From: Eledone cirrhosa
Lineage: Eukaryota
Reading direction: 5' to 3'
NCBI GenBank assembly: GCA_964016885.1
Contig: OZ024755.1
Coordinates: 5,952,001 to 6,016,000, forward strand
DNA length: 64,000 nucleotides
Shown piece by piece: positions 1 through 11,838 of the stretch. The notes below the pieces were generated by a model. That model was not told where the DNA came from. It was given only the letters and a program-made list of their open reading frames with translations, and did not search any database. Position 1 is the stretch's first letter. Every line of letters starts with the position of its first letter. The translations under genes and the position numbers were made by a program.

Positions 1-338
1 ACAGACACAGACAGACAGACACAGACAGACAGACACACAGACAGACACAGACACACACAGACACACACAGACACACACACACAGACAGACACACACAGAC
101 ACACACAGACACACACAGACACACACAGACACACACAGACACACACAGACACACACAGACACACACAGACACACACAGACACACAGACACACACAGACAC
201 ACACAGACACACACAGACACACACAGACACACACAGACACACACAGACACACACACAGACACACACAGACACACACAGACACACACAGACACACACAGAC
301 ACACACAGACACACACAGACACACACAGACACACACAC
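1..338. repeat. (ACACACAG)n / CA-rich microsatellite
   Basis: Visible tandem repeat. Confidence 0.95.
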
Positions 339-416
339 ATTATTAAAGAGACGGATGGGATGATTTGTAAGTGTCTGACCTGGCTCTGTACAACCCATAC
401 CAAACCTGTATTTCAG

Positions 417-537
417 ATCTTACCTGTTTTATTCCCAATGGCATCAACGAGGACTTCTATATCTAGCTTTGGTGTTGAATCTGTCATTGTGTATATTTGA
501 GAAACCAGCTGTCCCTGGTTGTGAATTACCAGTTTGG
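417..537 (+). CDS. TPC exon (IS1): [40 protein letters not shown]
   Basis: tttcag acceptor, gtaagt donor, FEKPA motif after S1. Confidence 0.88.
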
Positions 538-3500
538 GTAAGTTTAAAGTTTATTTCAATTTATTTTTATTACATTGGAAGCAGCATGGCCAAATGTTTT
601 CAGAAGTTTTCTTTGCAATCATTAGGTCCCGTGTTCAATCACATCATGGGAAATCATGTCATTTATCATAGCCTTGGGTCGATCGAAGCCTTCAGTGTGA
701 AATTGGAGTGACAGTAATTGTCTGACAGTCCATCAGGTGGACTGTATAAGTATACTAATACTAATTGTTTCTACTATTGGCACAAGGCCAGCAAATTACC
801 CAGTACATTACTGGTACTTTATTTTATCGACCCCCGTAAGGATGAAAGGCAAAGTTAACCTCGGCGGGATTTGAACTCAGAATGGCAAGGGCTGTAACTC
901 TATGCGTCAAAGCCTGGCGTCTGACCCTCTACCGATACTGCCCATTCACCGCCCTAATACTAATACTAATGTTTCTACTTTAGACACAAGGCCAACAATT
1001 TGAAGGGGGGGGGGGAGATTAAATCGACCCCAGTGTATTACTGGTACTTTATTTTATCCACCCAGTAAGGATGAAAGGCAAAGCTAACCTTGGCAGGATT
1101 TGAACTTAGGGGTTAGCTTTTAGCTTTGCTTTTCATCCTTACGGGCTCGATAAATAAAGCACCAGTAATGTACTGAGGTTGATTTAATTGACTTTCCCCA
1201 CCCCTTCAAAATGCTGGTGGCCTTGTACTTAAAGTAGAAATAATTATTATCAGTACTAATAATAATAAGAAATTTTTTTTTTAAATCTTCTAATCTAGTA
1301 TTTTTGTCTCTTGCAGGCCACATGTCTACTAGAATTGTTTTGTCTCATTATATTCCTCATCCGAATCATTCATACAGCTTACTTTGATGAAATAGAGAAA
1401 TTCTGGAAAGATACTAAATACTTGCTGCTCATAATAATAATGGTGGTAAGTGTGATATTCTGTAATTGATATCAGAACTATAACAAGATTAACCCTCTAC
1501 CATTTACATTACTCTATATTTAATATTGTATTTTCATGGTAAACTCTTTATTTCACATAATTATTTCACAGTATATTGAATCTACGAGACTTTGATATTA
1601 TTTATTTTGATAACAATACCTTAACATAAGTATGAGCAGCCGGTTATGGCCGGTTTGAGCAACCAGTTATGGCCGGTGAGAGAATTCTGGCCGTATATGG
1701 TGGCCGGTTTAAATGCTAAAGGGTTAAAGATGGTATAACTAAATCTGTAGTGAAATATTTTTGAGGTTTGTAATCCAATAAAATATATACCATTCTTTCC
1801 GTTTGGATTCCTTCTCTGGGATTTGAACTCCTTCCTCGGTAGCCAAGAACTCCCCGTTAGAGATTCACTGAACTAGAGGCAGTTTTGCTTATAAATAACT
1901 GCCTTAAATGTTTTCATTACCAAATATACACTCTTTTACTCTTTTACTCTTTTACCTGTTTCAGCCATCCGGCTGAGGCCATGCTGGGGCACCGTTTTTC
2001 AAATAATGTTTTTCAAATAATTTTGAAAATACAAAAATTTTGAAGGATTTGGTTCTCTAATTTCCTTATTATTATATTGGCAGTATCGGTAGAGGATCGG
2101 ACACCATAGAGTTATGGCCCTTTACGGTTTGATTTCAAATCCCACTGAGGTTAACTTTGCCTTTCATCCTTACTGGGGTCGATAAAATAAAGTACCAGTA
2201 ATGCACTGGGGTAATTGCTGGCCTTGTGCCAAAAGCAGAAACAATTATTATGTTGGTGTAACAAAGGTTCTTGCCAGATACTTGCCAGGTTTAAGCCTTT
2301 AGCATTTAAACCAGCCATATCTGGCCACCATTATCTCACTTCTTTCTGTTGAAACCAGCCATGACTGGCTACTCATACTGATATTAAAGTATTGTTCTCA
2401 AAATAAATAATATCAAAATCTCATAGATTTGATATTATGTGAGATAAAATGTTTACAGTGAAAATACAATAGTAAATATAGAGTAATGTAAATGCTAAAG
2501 GGTTAAAAAGGCCTTAGAAATGCCATATGTCAATACAGTGACCCCTAAACTCCCTAAGGAGTCACGGGACCATCCATCCATATATCTTTCCTGCTGCACT
2601 AAATAACATAAATCATATTTATATTTCCACCGTTCTCTCTTCTTCTAGCTCACCGTTATTGATATGTTGACCTACAGTATGTGGATTACATTTGCCCCAG
2701 CTGGAGCATTACGGTGGTCTAGATCTTTACGGCCGTTTCTGATTGTTAATTTCCCAGAAGGTAGACAGGTAAGATTTAAGATATAAACATCTTGTACAAC
2801 TATGCTGCCGCCTCTTTCCTCTCACACACTTACACACACTCTTTTCTCCCTACAACTGTCTCTCTCTCATCCCTCTCTCTCCTTCCCTTCCCCTCAATCT
2901 TCCTCTCCCTACCTCTTCCCTCAATCTTCCTCTCCCTACCTCTTCCCTCATTCCTCTCATTCTCTCTCTCATTCTTTCCTTCCCCTCTCTCTCTCTCTCC
3001 CTTCTCTCTCTCTCTCTCCCCTCCCTCTCTTCCATTCCCTGCCCATCTTCCCTTTCTTTCTTCCCTCCCCTCTCTCCCTTCTCTCACCACTCTCTCCTTC
3101 TCACTCCTCTCCCTCCCAACTCCCTCTGCTCCTCCCCTCATACTCACACATTCTCCCTTCCCTTCCTCGTCCTTCACACCCTCTTTCTCCCCCTCCCCAC
3201 ACACATACACATGTACACTACACTTAATGGATTTTGAGGTTTTGACTGCCATGGTCTAATTCTGTATAATCCAAATCCACAACTTCTTGTCTTTCTTCTC
3301 TTTTAGATCCGTCAAGCCTTCCGGAACATCCGTCGAGCCCTCCCTGAAGTATTCAACATCTTTATTCTCTTCACCCTCACCCTCTGTCTTTTCAGTCTCC
3401 TGGCTCTGAAGCTTTACTCTCACAGGTCTGTAAACTAACCCTCTTAGACTTTCTTCATTGCTATACCCTCTGATCGATTGACAAGATCCCAGACCTCATT

Positions 3501-6500
3501 CACCTGCCAGTGGGGTGGACTCCCTCAAATCGGACTAAGGAAACATTGTTTTCATTGGTCTTTCTATTGCTGATACTATCGGTGGCAAGTCCTGGCAGAA
3601 GGAGCAAGGAGCAATGTGAAATAAAGTGTCTTGCTCAAGGGCACAATTTATCACCTGGTCCGAGAATTGAACTTGCAACCTCACAATTGTGAAAACCAAC
3701 TCTAACCACTACGCTAAATGCTTTCACTTCATTACTATAACATACCAATGATTCCCAGTGCATTACTGGTACTTTATTTTATCGACTCTGTAAGGATGAA
3801 AGGCAAAGTAAACCTCGGCAGGATTTGAACACAATGTAAAGAACTGTAACTCTATGCTGCAAAGTATGGTATCCAACGCTGAATAGCAGCTTGTAAGATT
3901 GCCATATTTTGCTTCCAGAAAAGCCGTATCTCCTCAATATGGCATCCCTATGAGTCCCTCAGGAGTTACGAGACTAAATATACAAACAATCATATGATTT
4001 CATAAGTTAAAATCTGATCAAAGCCAAAGACTTATCAGGCCAGTGCTTATCCCTGGTTCCCTTGGCATTAAGCAACTGAGAGTATAAGTCTCTCCCTGGA
4101 TAGGACACCAGTCCACCGTAGCATTAACTTCCCACCTACTGCTGGTAGTCACTCTCAGCTGAGTGTATTGTAGCAATGTGAAATAAAGTGTTTTTCTCAA
4201 GAACACAACACAGCAGCCTATCCAGGAATTGAATTGATGATGTTATGATTGTACGGCAAGCAGCTTAACCATTAGGCTATCTTCCTTCACAAATGATTTC
4301 ATAAACGCCTTGATTAACTTCTTAACATATTATTTTTGTTATATTGACAGAGGTTTACATTTCCCAGATGGTACCCCATATTTCACAAATTACATTGAAA
4401 GTATCTGGCAGTTGTATGTGTTGGTAACGACAGCCAATAACCCAGATGTCATGTAAGTACAAAGATATGTTTTTTTTCTTAGAATCCGTCCATACTGCAT
4501 TGAGAATGATATGGACAAATATATTAACCCTTTAGCATTTAAACCATCCAGAATTCTTTCACCTCATTCTGTTCAAACTGGCTATAACTGGCTGCTTATA
4601 CTGATATTATGGTGTTGCTTTCAAAATAAATGATATCAAAATCTCATAGATTCGATATTATGTGAGATAATTATGAGGTAAAGACTTTACTGTGAAAATA
4701 TAATAGTAAATATTGAGTAATCATCATCATCATTTCATGTCAACTTTTCCCTGCTTGCAAGGGTGGGACGGGTCCTATTCAGCACAGCATCTCTCCACTT
4801 GTCACAGTTCTTCGTCATCTTCTCCATGAGATTCAGCGATCTGAGGTCAGCTCTCATCACCTCCGCTCATGATTTCTGTGGTCTTTCTCTACTGTGTCTT
4901 GCTTCTACTGGGATTTCTTGGCACTTCTTTACCCAGCGCTCATCCTCCATGTGCATCACATGTCCATATCAATGTAGTCTTCTCTCCCGCATGCTACGCC
5001 ACAACTTATCCCTCTTATACACAGTTTCTCTCTCAACTTGTCTATGCTTGGTCATTCACGCACATTGACATTGTACAGAATAATGTAAATTATAAAGGGT
5101 TAATAAATAAATATACACACATTTGCTATCATTAAAGTTGATGTATTTGTAAGTACTTTCCTTAGAATCCATTCACACCACATTGAGACAGATATGAACA
5201 AATATATAAATATATAAATATACACACATTCATTATCATTAAAGTTAATGTATCTTTCTTTCCAGGATGCCAGCCTATGACCTCAGTAACTGGGAAGCTC
5301 TCTTCTTCATCACAGTTCTAATTGTTCTCCTATACATCTTCATGAGTATTGTCCTTGCTGCCATATACAGCAGTTACAGGGATAATCTCAAAGTAGGTAC
5401 TCCTTGCTGTCATATACAACAGTTACAGGGATAATCTTAAAGTAGGTACTCCTTGCTGTCATATACAACAGTTACAGGGATAATCTTAAAGTAGGTACTT
5501 CTTGCTGTCATATACAACAGTTACAGGGATAATCTTAAAGTAGGTACTCCTTGCTGTCATATACAACAGTTACAGGGATAATCTCAAAGTAGGTACTTCT
5601 TGCTGCCATATACAACAGTTACAGGGATAATCTTAAAGTAGGTACTCCTTGCTGCCATATACAACAGTTACAGGGATAATCTCAAAGTAGGTACTCCTTG
5701 CTGTCATATACAACAGTTACAGGGATAATCTCAAAGTAGGTACTTCTTGCTGCCATATACAACAGTTACAGGGATAATCTTAAAGTAGGTACTCCTTGCT
5801 GTCATATACAACAGTTACAGGGATAATCTTAAAGTAGGTACTCCTTGCTGTCATATACAACAGTTACAGGGATAATCTCAAAGTAGGTACTTCTTGCTGT
5901 CATATACAACAGTTACAGGGATAATCTCAAAGTAGGTACTACTTGCTGTCATATACAACAGTTACAGGGATAATCTCAAAGTAGGTACTCCTTGCTGTCA
6001 TATACAGCAGTTACAGGGATAATCTTAAAGTAGGTACTCCTTGCTGCCATATACAACAGTTACAGGGATAATCTCAAAGTAGGTACTTCTTGCTGTCATA
6101 TACAACAGTTACAGGGATAATCTCAAAGTAGGTACTTCTTGCTGTCATATACAACAGTTACAGGGATAATCTCAAAGTAGGTACTTCTTGCTGTCATATA
6201 CAACAGTTACAGGGATAATCTCAAAGTAGGTACTTCTTTCGGATTGGCTAAATAAACGATATGGTATGAAATAAATCTTTCTAAATTTTGCACAAGGCCA
6301 GCAATTCAGGGGAAAGTAGAAAGTTGATTAAATTGATCCCACTGTGTTACTGGTACATTATTTTATCGATTCCGGAATGATGAAAAATAAAGTTGACTTT
6401 GGCATGATTTGAACCCAGAGCGTAAAGAGCCATAACTCTATGCTGCAAAGCATGGTGTCAGACACTGTACCGATACTGCCATTTCACCGTCCTTATCAAC

Positions 6501-7241
6501 CTCATAATGATGAAAGCCAAAACTAAATTTTATGGGATTTGAACCCCAAACCACACAGTTGCACGCTAAAGATTTTTTTTTTTTACCATACTGCTATGCT
6601 TACCTCAATATTTATAACATTTTGGTCATAATTTTTATTTTTGCCACCTGAAAATATTATTTCTATTCATTTATTTCCTATTTTTCCTCGTCAGATGGAG
6701 GTAAAAGATGTGGTGTATAGCAAAAGACAAAGATTAAAGAAGGCCTTTGACATTTTGAAAGTGACCCATAACAATCAATATGTTATAACTAAAGAAGTCT
6801 GGATGAAACTTATGACATATGTCCTACCCAAGCGAAGTATCCAACAACATGAATTGTTACTGAAGGTTCTTGATGCTGACAGGGATGGAACTATCAGTAA
6901 GTACCAATAACCTCCCTCCTCACTTTTACACATTAACCTTTTAACATTTACATTGCTCTATATATACTATTATATTTTCACAGTAAAGGCTTTACCTCAC
7001 ATAATACCTCAGATAACATTTACATTGCTCTATATATACTATTATATTTTCACAGTAAAGGCTTTACCTCAGAATTATCTCAGATAATATCGAATCTATG
7101 AGATTTTGATATCTATTTTGAGAACAATAACTTAAGTATGAGTGGCCAGTTAAAGCCGGTTAGAACAGAAAGAGGTGAGAGAATTCTGGCTGGACACGAC
7201 CAGTTTAAATGCTAAAGGGGTTCCTTACACCACTTTCTTTG

Positions 7242-7289
<48 letters not shown>

Positions 7290-7579
7290 AGATAGTCGAT
7301 CAGCCAGATCCCAGAAATCGTAATCGAACCAGTCTCATGCCTTCTCTCCCTCTCTCTGTATATATATCTATATATATATAGGAAAAAGTATGACCCCGAC
7401 GGCAGAGCTCAACCCGTTTCGACGGCTATTTCTGGACTATTTCTGTCCAGAAATAGCCGTCGAAACGGGTTGAGCTCTGCCGTCGGGGTCATACTTTTTT
7501 CTATTTCCCACTCGACTACCCTAAGTATTATAACTCTGGTGCGTTATGGTCCATCTGGTTCCTTACCACAATTCCTTTG

Positions 7580-7639
<60 letters not shown>

Positions 7640-9291
7640 CATTTAACATAATTAAGGCTAAATAGTGAGTCCTGTTACTCTGGAGTTTTGTCTGTTTATC
7701 ACAGGGTCATCAGACAAGATGTTTTTGTCTAATGACCCTGTGATAAACAGACGAAACTCCAGAGTAACAAGACTCACATTTTAGCTTTAATAATATTGAA
7801 TATTAAAGTTCTATTTAGGTATTGAGTACTCCTTTCTCTCAGCCATCAACCACATTCAGCGTCTTCATTCTCTAATCTCTGATAAATCTGGTTCAATGTA
7901 TTCCTCCCTTCATCCACCCAAATGATATTATATTCTTGTGCTTTTACTTACAGAAATAAACCAATTCTTAAAGGTTGCTGATCTTCTTCAGCTTCCACTG
8001 ACTGAAGTGAAAGACAGAATGTCATTTCTGGAGACCCATTGTCCAACATTATACAACAGTTATCCCAGTAATGTTGTTAAAATAGCTGTAAAACATCGGT
8101 GAGTCACTCATAAGTTTGTGTATTGCATTGGACCTCCGTTGTTCCAGTTGTTTGAACAACGGAACAGCCTGATTTTTGATAGAATAGCTGTTAAAAAGCT
8201 GCTTAACCCTTTAGCATTTAAACCAGCCATATCTGGCCAGAAATCTCTCACCTGTTTCTGTTCAAACTGGATGTAACCAGCCACAGATACTTATGTTAAG
8301 GTTTTGCTCTCAAAATAAATATCAAGATCTCATAGATTTGGTATTATGTGAAATATTATGAGATAAAGCCTTTACCTCAAATATAATAGTATATGTAGAG
8401 TAATGTAAATGGTAAAGGATTAAACATATGCAAGTCACTCATAAGATTATGCATTGAGTTGGACTTTCATTGGTTCTGGAAAATTGTTACAATAATTATT
8501 AGTAGATATTATAGGAGTAGATTTAATTGGTCATACAATTAGCCCATACAAAAATCTGATGTGTTTAGTCAAAAGGAATATATGAGGGGGGCTGAAAGTT
8601 CCTGGCTTTGGGTAAAAGAAAATACAGGCTGATCAGTTAATTATGATTTTATTCAACATATTCAGCTATTATCATTTAAAAAACCATATTTCCATATTTA
8701 TAATACCTATCATCATCATCATCATTTTATGTCCGCTCTCCTTGCTTGGAAGGGTGGGACGGGTCCTATTCAGCATCTCTCCACTTGTCACAGTCCTTTG
8801 TCATCTCCTCCGTGAGCTTCAGCGATATGAGGTCTGCTCTCACCACCTCCGCCCATATTTTGTGGTCTTCCTCTACTGTGTCTTCCTTTACTGCGTCTTC
8901 CTTTACTGCGTCTTCTTTCTACTGGGATTTCTTGCCACTTCTTTACTCAGCGGTCATCCTCCATGCGCATCACATGTCCATACCAACGCAGTCTTCTCTC
9001 CTGCACACAACTTATCCCTCTTAAACACAGGTTCTCCCTCAACTCATCTATATATACATATATGAATGTATCCTAGGTTCAATCCGGAGTGACCACAGTA
9101 ATACATACCAGAGTATAAATTTTGAATATAGAAATGGCTTCTACACAACTAGAACTGTTTCATTCAAAGGCTGAAACAGTTATAGTCCTGTAGAAGCCAT
9201 TTCTCTCTCTTTCTCTCTCTCTCTGTCCAAAGTTCAATCAGGTGTAATCACAGTAAGTAAGGTACTCAATACATTAGTAGAGTATATACAA

Positions 9292-9342
<51 letters not shown>

Positions 9343-10365
9343 TTATTGTTCCAGATTCTTCAGTTGGTTTTTTGATGCTTTGATTTTTGTTAATGCTTGG
9401 ATCATTGGGTTTGATATCGATGAAGCTGATTGGTTTTTCCTGTCGGTATTTATGATTGAGATTTTGTTGAAACTTTATGTATTTGGAGTACAGAAGTTTT
9501 TCCATCGATTCTGGAATATGTAAGTATCGAATCTTTCGCCTTTTTAATGGCTTTCTACAGTTGTTTTATATTTCAGAAAAAAAAAGGAGCTAATCATCAG
9601 ATCAGACTAATGAAACTGTTTTTATTGGTGTCTCTATTGCTGATACTAAGAGCTGGTTTATGGAGCAATTGTCAGTGCACTCTGTAATGTAGTTGACATT
9701 ATGTAGGACATCCAACTATAGAAACCTTGCTAAACTCTAACTCATATTAGCAAAACATAGCTCTCAGCTCTTCCAGGAGACAGTGGCTCTAATGAAGAAT
9801 TGATTTATTTTGTAACAATTCATCCAACTCATGGCAGCTTGGAAGAACAGACATAACATGTTTGGTTTTCATTTCAGTATATATAAATATATTTTTTATA
9901 TATTTCTATAAATAATTTAGCTGGCAATCAATGTTTATCATTGATTGACCAACAGTTAAAAATATAAATATAAATATAATTTCTCAAAGTGCTTTTGTCA
10001 CACATTTTCCAGTGACATGATGTTAATGAATATCAATTTATAATGATTTAATCACTTTAATATAGTTTTAAATAATCTATTTTAGATTTGACTTTTTCGT
10101 CATCAATGGAGCTTTGGTTTTCACAATATATGATTTTATAGAATCTGAAGGTAAGTTATATTTTTTTAGTATTTTACTGGTTTCAGTGATTAGACTGTGG
10201 CCATGCTGGAACAATACCTTCAAGTGACTTGGTTGATCATATCTATCATATCGACTTATTTTTCAAGCTTAGTACATATTCCATCAATCTCTTTTCATCA
10301 AACTGCAAATTATGAGACATTAACAAGCAGTAAATGCTAACATATACCCCCACCCATATATATAT

Positions 10366-10423
<58 letters not shown>

Positions 10424-11802
10424 AGCAAGTATTGCACCGAGAAGAATATAGACTTTGGCGTGAAAAGAGAGAAATAATTTATTTGCTTTAACATATGTTT
10501 CTATGTCTATTATAATAGTCTACATGTGCTGACTACAATATATATTGTTCAATCATATACAATACATACTTATTTATTACATGTCTTCAAAAAGCTTAAA
10601 TTTGTTTGTAGTAGTAGTATATTGATATACATAAACAAAACCTTATCTACCCTTCCACACAAATATATAGAGAGAGGAGATGGGTTCTGCCAGGTTTTAA
10701 AAAATGCCCTAGAAATTCTGTATGTCGATATGGCGACCATACATTCATACATATATTACGTAATATCTTTCTGGGATTTATGTTATTTTGAATATTTTTC
10801 AGAGCAAAATAATTCCTATGTATTGGATTTATTTTTGGTAATGAGAGTTCTGCGGCTTTTCAAGACTTTTGGTAACATTAAAAGGTAAGTTTATCCTCTG
10901 TTTTTTATGTGTAAAGATTTTATACTGTGTTTCCTACTAAGTCCCACACAAAACTACATATCATCATTGATATTTATATATTAGGCACACACACATACAC
11001 AAAGTATTATTAATAGTGGAAAACACACACATACACACACACACACAAATACACACACATACACACACAAACACATACACACACAAATTAGTAAATAATA
11101 ATAATAATTGTTTCTACTTTTGGCACAAGGCCAGCAATTATCCCAGTGTATTACTGGTACTTTATTTTATCAACCCCCATAAGGATGAAAGGCAAAGTTA
11201 ACCTCGGTGGGATTTGAACTCCAACCATAAGGGGCTGTAACTCATTACTGCAAAGCATGGCGTCCGACCCTCTACTGATACTGCCAATCCACCAATAATG
11301 GTTTCAGATATAGGCACAAGGCTAGCAATTTTGGTGGGAGGGGAAAGTTGATTTAATCAACCCCTAGTGCATTACTGGTACTTTATTTTATCGACCACGT
11401 ATATAATAATGATAATAATTTCTTTATTAATTACAAATGGATAACATTAAAGACAGTACAGGTCAGCAAATGGGGTTTCTCTGTGGAAAAACAAACATAA
11501 AACAAAAAAAGGATGTAACAAAAATAACAAAAAAACCCAAAGAAAATTCCCCAATAAGGGGGGAAAACTTCCCAGGGTCAATAATAATGATTTCTTATAT
11601 AGGCACAAGGCCAGTAATTTGGGAGGAGGGGAAAGTCGATTAAATCGACCCCAGTGCATTACTGGTACTTTATTTTGTCGACCCCGTAAGGATGAAAGGC
11701 TAAGTTAACCTCGGCTGGATTTGAACTCAGATCGTAAAGGGACGTAACTATGCTAGAAAGCATGGCGTCCCACCCTCTACAGATACTGCCAATTCACCGT
11801 CC

Positions 11803-11838
<36 letters not shown>

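Noticed and set aside
765-955. tRNA genes suggested by A/B boxes
   Set aside because: The boxes are heads of multi-copy SINEs followed by a shared non-tRNA body; no complete cloverleaf was seen.
2792-3259. Ser/Leu/Pro-rich and Glu/Arg/Gly-rich ORFs
   Set aside because: Artefacts of an intronic CT-rich tract between two well-supported TPC exons.
5352-6233. CRISPR-like regular repeat
   Set aside because: Head-to-tail units with no unique spacers, in a eukaryotic intron with no cas genes. The same applies to the 41-bp satellite.
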